IMG/VR virus record: IMGVR_UViG_2822225849_000004 | Direction: 5' to 3' (one strand) | Length of the DNA stretch: 64,000 nucleotides | DNA from: a virus | In this document: positions 20,993 to 29,800 of the stretch, piece by piece | How the letters are laid out: each line of letters starts with the position of its first letter | Numbering within the stretch: the stretch's first letter is position 1 | Made by a program: the position numbers and the translations under genes | Notes under the pieces: model-generated | Database searches by the model: none | The model's input: only the letters and a program-made list of their open reading frames with translations | What the model was told of the DNA's origin: nothing

Positions 20993-22729
20993 ATGTGGTT
21001 TGATAAAGTAGCTTATTTACAAACATTACCAGTTGAATTAGAGAAAATGATTACAGAGCGAGGATGGAGTCGAAAGTTATACTTTAAAATTAGAAGTGGT
21101 ATCAATAAATTTATTGATGTTCGATTATTTGAATCGTTAGGTAGCGATGGAGAATGGCGCAGATTTGGAGTGGCAAATGCTTATGATACGAGCGATTCTG
21201 ATTTTACAGATGGTAGATTTATTCCTGTGGATTCTCCATTAGGGAAGCTAGGAATGGGAGATGGAGTGAAAAAGGAATTTCAAATTCCGACATTTCCTGT
21301 AGTTGAAAGTTCTTTATTAGTGTATGTAAATAGCATTTTACTAGAAAAGGATAAATATAAAGTTGATGCTAAAGCGGGAAAAGTTATTTTTAATCAAGCG
21401 ATTGCAAAAGGAGATAAAATCACCTGTGAGTATCGATTAACAAATGATGCATACGAACCGAATAATGATATGATTTTCTTTACATTTAACCAGTATTTTA
21501 TTGAGAAGGAAGTAAAGTTATCAGATGCTGAAAGTGATTTAGGAAACGGTACCGGTTCTAAAAAATCATTTAATTTGCCATTTTCAAATTTTGATGAAAA
21601 TCGTTTTATGGTTTATAGAAACAATCAAATGGTTGATCCCGGGGAATATACAGTTTCAGATACAGCAATTGAATTTCAAACTGCCCCAAAAAGTTCCGAG
21701 AACATTAAATTTTCTGGAGTGTATTTTCTAGCACCAAAGGCAGACGGAACGTTGGATACTTTAGTAGCGAAGACGTCATTTGACGTGCAAAAAATGGAAA
21801 GTATTATGGCTGAAGTATATTCTACAGTTAATTTTGTAAATCCTTCGCCTTATACACCGATTAGTTTTACACCAGAAGCCCGTTTTACAAAAGATTGGAA
21901 ACGTGATTCTGTCGTTTATATGTATGGAAATGGAAATAAAGACCGTATTGTTATGTTTATGCGTGTAGATCCAACACCAAGTCCTGTTCGAGCATTATTT
22001 GTACCATTATATATTGGAAGAATGTACACATTTGATAATGCACCGCGTAAAAACACTGTAATTATTGGTGGTTGTCGTAACGGGGATCAATATAATTATG
22101 CGCCTAATAAAAAAATTGGAAATGCAAATTTAGACTACGGAGAAAATACAGGTAATGGAAATGATTCTGTATTATTAGCTCAATCATACACAGGTGCAAT
22201 GTATCAAAAACATTATTTATCATTTATTACTCACGATATGGATATTGATAGTGGACAAGGTCGATTTAATCCATCTGTCTATAGTGGGAAATATCATTTG
22301 TCACAGATTTATATCGTTCATCCTAATGATGGATATGTTGGGAAATTAGATGATGTCTATGCTGTTCACCCAAAAAATATTCAACAGGCCGATGAATTGG
22401 AAATTGAAAAGGAAGTTACAAGTGAATCTTTAGGAAAAGGAAATGGAATGAGAAAAGTTTTCCATTTAGAGCATAAACCAAAAGCAGGAACACTTAAGTT
22501 GTTCAATGCATGTACTCTAGTTCCTAATACTGACTTTGTTTTAAATGAAGATGATAAAACAGTGACGTTTAAAGAAATCCCAATTAATGGGGTAGAGATT
22601 ACAGCAAGTTATGAATTTGCACAATTATATCGTTATACGTTGCCGACTACCGCAGTTTCTCCGATGACACAAGCGAAAGCAACGCCATTTAATCCGATTG
22701 GTCTAGCTATTTATAAAGAAGATATTTAA
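20993..22729 (+). CDS. Tail-tip structural protein with three inserted GxGxG beta-sandwich repeats (paralog family)
   Basis: LGMGDGVKKEF / LGNGTGSKKSF / LGKGNGMRKVF repeats; FNPSVYSG motif. Confidence 0.65.
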   Translation: MWFDKVAYLQTLPVELEKMITERGWSRKLYFKIRSGINKFIDVRLFESLGSDGEWRRFGVANAYDTSDSDFTDGRFIPVDSPLGKLGMGDGVKKEFQIPTFPVVESSLLVYVNSILLEKDKYKVDAKAGKVIFNQAIAKGDKITCEYRLTNDAYEPNNDMIFFTFNQYFIEKEVKLSDAESDLGNGTGSKKSFNLPFSNFDENRFMVYRNNQMVDPGEYTVSDTAIEFQTAPKSSENIKFSGVYFLAPKADGTLDTLVAKTSFDVQKMESIMAEVYSTVNFVNPSPYTPISFTPEARFTKDWKRDSVVYMYGNGNKDRIVMFMRVDPTPSPVRALFVPLYIGRMYTFDNAPRKNTVIIGGCRNGDQYNYAPNKKIGNANLDYGENTGNGNDSVLLAQSYTGAMYQKHYLSFITHDMDIDSGQGRFNPSVYSGKYHLSQIYIVHPNDGYVGKLDDVYAVHPKNIQQADELEIEKEVTSESLGKGNGMRKVFHLEHKPKAGTLKLFNACTLVPNTDFVLNEDDKTVTFKEIPINGVEITASYEFAQLYRYTLPTTAVSPMTQAKATPFNPIGLAIYKEDI

Positions 22730-22750
22730 TCATTAATCATATAAGGGGAA

Positions 22751-25700
22751 ATGCAGAGAGTGAGTGAGAAAATTTATTCTATTGCTTCCCCTTCTTTATG
22801 TACGAAAAAGAAGAGTCATGTTGTTTCGATTCCTTTGGGATCAACAATGAAGAAAACATATAGTCTCTCGCTTTCTGTTTTAAATCCTTTTGTAAAAAAT
22901 GCGAATAATTTTCCAGTCAGTTTGCCGCCATATTCAAGATTCAAAGCTGTTAAGGAAGAAGATGCTGGGGTATTTGCAACCAAGATAGTTAAGGGAAAAG
23001 GTATATTAACAGACCTTGTTGTAGAGGCAATAAGGCAAGTTGAGGTGACTGCTAATATTGCTAAAGTGGATATTGCAAACCTAATGCGGAGTATCAACAT
23101 GGAACTGTTAAGCATACAGGATTCTAAACCGCTTAAAGAAATTCTTGCAGATGTTCATTACTATCAGAAAGCAATGCAACATGACCGAACTTTTGATATG
23201 GAACATATGGAAGGGAACAATGGAAGCAGATTAGATACAAAGTATGCAGATGTAACAGAAATGTCTAGTACAGATCGTAAGATATATAAAGCAGGTAATA
23301 TGCTCCCAATTGAGCAAGAGAGAGTAAAACAGAAATTACGAGAATTTGCAACCAATGTAGATGAAATACCGCGATGGGTACAGGTTGCACGTATTTTATA
23401 TGGCGAAGGATTTTATGAAACAATATTGACTGAAAGAAGAGAAAAAGAAATATGTAGTACTGTAGTTAGAAATGTGGATCATGTAGAGATTAGCCAAAAA
23501 GAATTACCTGTACAAGAGATAAGTGATTTTGAGCTTTATAATAACTTGCCAAGAGAAGTAACTACTTCTTATGAGGAATTTGATTTATTTACTGATACAG
23601 GAATTCCGGTTTATATGCCAGATTATGATTTGTTTGCTCGTAAACAAAGAGAAATACAGACTCGTAATATAAATTACAATACAGCGAATAGAAATGCCAT
23701 TCAGCGGAATGGTGAAATGAATTATTTTGAATTTGTAAATAGAAAAGCACTGAAGATAGATGGCAGATTTATTAATATAGAAGATTTAGAGCGTAAAAAG
23801 TTAGAACTTCAAACTAATGAATATGATGTGTCATATGCGGACCGCATAATACAAGACATATATACATATGGTGGCCATGTATATAATAACGCTCAAAAAC
23901 TATTAATAGAATATGATTCATCTCACATAGAAATGAATGAAATGAATCATATAACGCATGAATATGAAAGTAAATTCATAAGTGAATATGAGTTATTGGA
24001 AAGACAGTACCATTCTAATGAGGTAAATTTAGTAGAAACATTGATGGTATCAAGTCAGAATCATTTGTACATGGATTATAATCTTCCAGAAATGATACAG
24101 AGTGATGTGCTCACAAAAGAAGTAGAAGTAAAATTAGCTAAAGACGAACAAGTTAATAAGAAAACGAAACATGTATGGACTGAATATATACACCATGAGG
24201 AAATGGACCTAATACATAAACAATTATTTGGGACTATTCAAGATAACTATGAATTTGCTAGTAGACAAATCAAAAAATTGACCGGATTTTATGAGGAATT
24301 TGATCTATTTAATAGTTTAGGAATCCCAGTTTATATGCCAGACTATGATTTATTTGCTCGTGTACAGAGAGAACTACAAGCGAAACAAATAACAGTTAAT
24401 TCAGCTAAAAGAGACATACGTTCAGTATATGGTAATGTTCGTGATACGGATCTAGCAGATAGAAGCATGCAAGAGAAAGAGGGAGTCTTTTTTGATGTAG
24501 CTGCTATAGATAGAAAAGTATTACAAATGGAAGTGAATGTACCTTCTTATGAATTTTCTAATCGAGTTATAGATGAGCAAGAAGCAATAGGTATATATGG
24601 ATATGAACGTTTTAATCGAGTAAATGGACAGTATAATACTGCCCAAGCGGATATATCTTCCATGGATCGGATTCTAGGTGAAGTAGAAACTCCATTTACA
24701 AATGTGTATGAATTAGCAAAGCGCGACCTTCATGAGTTGTTAGTGGAGGATGATAGAATAGCAGAGTCTGTATTGTATGATCGATTGTTTATAAGTGAAG
24801 AAAGTAATGAACCAATAACAGGTGAACGAGTTAAAGTCGATATTGAAACCGAATGGACAAACCCTGTAGAGTTTACAAAGCAAGAACAATTGATAGCACA
24901 GAATGAAGAAGGATATGACATTGTTAATAGACATGTAAAAGAACAGGACTCTCGTTACGAAGAATTTGATCTTTTTGATTTAATAGGAACTCCAGTTTAC
25001 TTACCGGAGTATGATTTGTTCGCAAGGATTCAAAGGGAATTACTAACGAATATAGAGACAGCTGAAATAGCAAATAGAGAAGATAATATAGAAGCAGAAA
25101 TTAATACGGTTGATTCGATTGGTAATCTAGTTAAAGAAGTAGCAACTAATATAATTGATAGTAATGATATAGGATATATTGAGAAAGAGTTACAAACTAG
25201 TATTGAACAATATGAAATCGCAACGAATGATAGGAATTGGTATGCAGAAAGTACTATATCTGATCCGATGACAAAGCGAGTGCCAGAAATAGATACGAAT
25301 ATAATCGCTACTGATCAACTCGAGAGAATAATAAAAGAACGTAATACAAATGTAATCAAGGATGAAGAGTTAGAACGCCTTACGAAACAACTCATAATGA
25401 AAATTAAGCATTTTGATGATATGCGACAAATTAATAATGAGTACGAGTCAAATGTTTTTGAAGCAGACGAATGGCAAAGAAAAGCAGATAATAAAGCATC
25501 AATACATGAATATGATGTAAGTGAGTCTGAAAGAGAACTAGCGAGTGAAGAAATCCGTACAACTTTAACGAATAAGTACAATACTTTTAATACTACTATT
25601 TGTGACATAGAACAATCCAGCCGAACAGTAGACAGCGAAAGTATACTTGTTGAAAGTGATACTTTTGTATTAGAAAAGGAACTAGAAGCATCGTATGAAG

Positions 25701-26593
25701 AGTTTGATCTATTCGAAGGATTAGGGATTACAGTTTACTTACCAGATTATGATTTGTTTGCAAGAATCCAAAGAGAATTACAAACAAATATAGATACGTA
25801 TGAAATAATGAATAAAGAAAATGAAACAAGAGCAGAAATTAGTTCATTCTATCAGTTTGGTAATGCCTTGCAAGAAGTTGATGCGACTGTTGCAACGATA
25901 GATAATGTAAAAGTCGTAAAAGAATTAGCTGCAAAAATGATCGATAAAGAGAATTTTAAGATCATTGACAGAGAGTTACAGATTAGTATTGAACAATATG
26001 AAACTGCAATGAATGATCGAAACTGGTATGTAAAGAATATTACATCTGCCCCAATGGAAAAGCTTATAAAAGAGGTAGAGGCAAATATAGTAGTAACGGA
26101 TCAATCTCATAAAGGTGTAAGAGAATTTAATACAAATGTAGTGAAGAATGAAGAATTAGATCGTACAGTACGAAATGTAATGATGAATATTGTGGAATTG
26201 AAGGATATGCATCGAAAGTCAATTGAAGAGGCTTCAAATATTCATGAGCTATATGAATGGGAAAGAAATTCAAATCATAAAGCATCCATAAATACATACG
26301 GTGTTTTTGAAAATGTCAGAGAATTATCTAGTATAGAGATCCAAACAACTCCAGTGAATAGAAGAGATCTCGTTCATACGAATATAGATGAAATAGAACA
26401 ATTTAATCGCATTTTAGACAACGAAAGTATACTTGTTGAAGACGATACGTTTAAATTAGAAAATATTTTTCAGGCAGAAGAACCAGTTGGATTTGAGGAA
26501 AGCGATATATTAATCGAAGAAGAACCAAAAATATGGTTAAAACATAGCCGGGAATCTTGGTGGAATAATTGGAATTGGAAGAAAACGAGATAA
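22751..26593 (+). CDS. Large acidic repetitive tail-associated protein
   Basis: 1280 aa; four copies of YEEFDLFxxxGxPVY(M/L)PDYDLFARxQRE. Confidence 0.7.
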   Translation: MQRVSEKIYSIASPSLCTKKKSHVVSIPLGSTMKKTYSLSLSVLNPFVKNANNFPVSLPPYSRFKAVKEEDAGVFATKIVKGKGILTDLVVEAIRQVEVTANIAKVDIANLMRSINMELLSIQDSKPLKEILADVHYYQKAMQHDRTFDMEHMEGNNGSRLDTKYADVTEMSSTDRKIYKAGNMLPIEQERVKQKLREFATNVDEIPRWVQVARILYGEGFYETILTERREKEICSTVVRNVDHVEISQKELPVQEISDFELYNNLPREVTTSYEEFDLFTDTGIPVYMPDYDLFARKQREIQTRNINYNTANRNAIQRNGEMNYFEFVNRKALKIDGRFINIEDLERKKLELQTNEYDVSYADRIIQDIYTYGGHVYNNAQKLLIEYDSSHIEMNEMNHITHEYESKFISEYELLERQYHSNEVNLVETLMVSSQNHLYMDYNLPEMIQSDVLTKEVEVKLAKDEQVNKKTKHVWTEYIHHEEMDLIHKQLFGTIQDNYEFASRQIKKLTGFYEEFDLFNSLGIPVYMPDYDLFARVQRELQAKQITVNSAKRDIRSVYGNVRDTDLADRSMQEKEGVFFDVAAIDRKVLQMEVNVPSYEFSNRVIDEQEAIGIYGYERFNRVNGQYNTAQADISSMDRILGEVETPFTNVYELAKRDLHELLVEDDRIAESVLYDRLFISEESNEPITGERVKVDIETEWTNPVEFTKQEQLIAQNEEGYDIVNRHVKEQDSRYEEFDLFDLIGTPVYLPEYDLFARIQRELLTNIETAEIANREDNIEAEINTVDSIGNLVKEVATNIIDSNDIGYIEKELQTSIEQYEIATNDRNWYAESTISDPMTKRVPEIDTNIIATDQLERIIKERNTNVIKDEELERLTKQLIMKIKHFDDMRQINNEYESNVFEADEWQRKADNKASIHEYDVSESERELASEEIRTTLTNKYNTFNTTICDIEQSSRTVDSESILVESDTFVLEKELEASYEEFDLFEGLGITVYLPDYDLFARIQRELQTNIDTYEIMNKENETRAEISSFYQFGNALQEVDATVATIDNVKVVKELAAKMIDKENFKIIDRELQISIEQYETAMNDRNWYVKNITSAPMEKLIKEVEANIVVTDQSHKGVREFNTNVVKNEELDRTVRNVMMNIVELKDMHRKSIEEASNIHELYEWERNSNHKASINTYGVFENVRELSSIEIQTTPVNRRDLVHTNIDEIEQFNRILDNESILVEDDTFKLENIFQAEEPVGFEESDILIEEEPKIWLKHSRESWWNNWNWKKTR

Positions 26594-26885
26594 TAAAGTA
26601 GAGTGCTAGATTAGCTTTTATTTAAGTATATGATATTGAATATTCGTACTTCATGACATTATGTAATTTCTAAAATTGAACTGCTAGAGCTGTTGTAAAA
26701 ATAAAGGCTTAAGCAGTTCAATTGAATTTTAAATGTTTTTTAGTAAGTAAATTAGTTCCTTTCTGTTATGCATGAAATATTTAAATTTATTGATCCGTCA
26801 AGCTGTTAGTACAAATGTTTAAGGCATAGTAATTGCTACTGATGGAGCAATTGAAATTATTTTAAGATAAAAATGGAGAGGTGAT

Positions 26886-29800
26886 ATGATGGTGAGAGTA
26901 TTAACTCAGCCCGAACCAGGGTGGCAGCGTATTGATGATAGCGATAGGAATATTATCTTTGAAGGAGAAAATTGGCTTAGTGGATACTCTAAATATTCTG
27001 ATGATTATTCGAAAACATTCCACTATAAAGAGTCTAGTCACCCATCAAACCTAGTATATATTAAATTTTCTTTCGTAGGTACTAAACTTCGCATTATTGG
27101 ACTTGCCAATAATGGTGGTTATGATAGCTATGCAACAATCACTATTGATGGTAATCCTGAGAGATTAGATTACTATGCATGGGAGGGGAAAAGGCAAGCT
27201 GTTATATATGAGAAAATAAATCTTAATAAAGAGCCGCATACAGTAACGATTCGAGGTATATACTTAAATCTTGATGCAATTGATATCGATTCTGATGGTT
27301 ATGTATTTACACCAAAAAAAGTAGGGGAGATATTAGATAAACCTGATCCTGGTTGGATTCGTTTCGATGATGCTGATTCATTAATTAAGTATGGTGATGG
27401 TGCTTGGAATAGAGTAACTGATAATAGGTACTATAATAGTACAGTGGTATATTCTCTTACCAAATCAGTTGTAGAATTTTCGTTTAAGGGTACAGGTGTC
27501 AGACTTGTTTCTAAAAGTGTTAATTTAGGTTATGGTCCTGTAGATATAACGATCGACGGTGTCAAAGAATCATACAATCCAGTACTAGGTTCAGATAACT
27601 GGAAAGTTCTACTTTACAATAAAGAAGGTCTAAAAAATGAAGTTCATTCAGTTAAAATTGAGGGTCTTGAAGGAATTATAATGGATGCTATTGACATACT
27701 TGATGGAGAATTAGTGAAAACTGCTAAAGTAGGTGACGTTCTGCTTCAACCTGAAATTGGTTGGAAACGAATTGATGATACTGATGTTAATATTAAGTAT
27801 TCAGGTAATTGGACGTTAATAAACAATCTTCCTGACTACCACAATTCTACTGCTCGATTTAAGCATGCAAAGCAAAGTTCGGTTGACAATAGTGCTATGT
27901 CTGTAACATTCAAGTTTAAAGGAACTAAACTTCGAGTTATCGGTGTTTCTAATAACACTTACGATAGGGAAGCTCAAATAATTATTGATGGTAAACCTGA
28001 AACAATTAGCTTTTATGCTGATAGAGATGTTTCACCGAGTAGAGTACTATTATTTGATAAGCAAGGTTTAACTGATGAAATGCATACTGTTGAGTTAAAG
28101 GGTGTATTCATGCACCTAGATGCTATTGATATTGATGAAACTGGGTCAATGGTACCACCTACTAAAGTAGGGGATGTTTTACTTCAACCTGAAGCAGGAT
28201 GGAAACGCATTGATGACACTGATTCAAATATTCAGTATACCGGTAATTGGTCATTGATAGATAATCAACCTCTTGCCTATAATTCTACAATACGATTTAA
28301 AAACTCTAAAAATCCAGAACCTGTTGACAATAGTTCTATGTCACTTACATTCAGGTTTAAAGGGACTAAGCTTCGAGTTATTGGTGTTTCTAATAACACG
28401 TATGATAAAGATGCTCAAATAATTATTGATGGTAAGCCAGAAACGATTAGCTTCTACGCTGATAGAGATATTTCCCCCCATAGAACTCTATTATTTGATA
28501 AACAAGGTTTAACTGATGAAATGCATACTGTTGAGTTAAACGGTGTATTTATGGTTCTAGATGCTATTGATATTGATGAAACTGGGTCAATGGTACCACC
28601 TGCTAAAGTAGGGGATGTTTTACTCCAACCGGAAAGTAGATGGACTCGAATCGATGATAGACATTCATTGATTAAATATGGTTCAGGTACATGGGAGCTA
28701 GCAACGGATTCTAGGTACTCCAATTCAACAAATACATTTTCTAAAGTTAGTTGTGACATAGAATTCAGCTTTAAAGGAACTGGTTTGCGAATTGTTTCTA
28801 AAATGATTACTACTACTTCCGGTTATGGTCCTGTAGATGTATTAATTGATGGGGTTACTGAGAAATACAGTATTACAGGTTCTTCAGACCAATGGCAAAC
28901 ACTTCTATATGAGAAACAAGGATTACCGGACGCAGTGCACTCAGTTAAGCTAGTAGCACCTAACGGAATCATAATGGATGCTATTGACGTTTTAGATGGT
29001 CAATTAGAAAAAACGTCAGCTAAAGTGGGAGACCAATTACTTCAACCTGAAGATGGTTGGAAACGAATTGATGATACAGATGAAAATATTAAGTATTTAG
29101 GTAACTGGAAAACGACTAAAGAAAGTAATAATTACAATAGCACGATACATTATAATACTACTTCAGGGGTTCAGGTAAGTTATCAGTTTGAATTTTCAGG
29201 TTCAAAACTTCGAATTATAGGATTCGGAGACACGGGTTATGATAAGAGTGCTAAAATAACAATTGACGGCATAACTGAGGATATTGTTTATTATCAGTCT
29301 AAGTCAGGTTCACAAATTATTGTGTATGAGAAATTGAACTTAAAGCTGGGAACGCACACTGTAAAAGTAGAAGGCTCTATTATATCATTAGACGCAATTG
29401 ATATTGAAGATACTGGTTCAATGGTAAAATCTCCAGTTGAAGTGGGTGATATATTATTACAACCTGAATTCGGTTGGGATCGCCTCAATAATTCAGACCC
29501 TTCAATTACCTACACTAAGTTCATTCGCAATACGGATGATAATGGTATACGAAAATGCTATATGAATGACTATCACTACGCACCTAACGAAGGTACAGTA
29601 AATTTAGAATTTACAGGAACAGGTTTCAGAGTTCTTGGTATCGTGTATAGAGGTTATTCTAGTAATATTTCTATTGAGATAGATGGAGTTAAAGCTACAT
29701 TTTCTGAAGATTATCCAATTGTAGGTGAATACCTTCAAGGAAGCACATTAGTTTATGAGATGATAAATCTTGAAAATAAGAAGCATACTGTCAAGATTTA

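Noticed and set aside
26674-26850. c-di-GMP-I riboswitch upstream of the adhesin
   Set aside because: It lacks the GGCAAA, GAAA tetraloop and CGCAAAG consensus elements.
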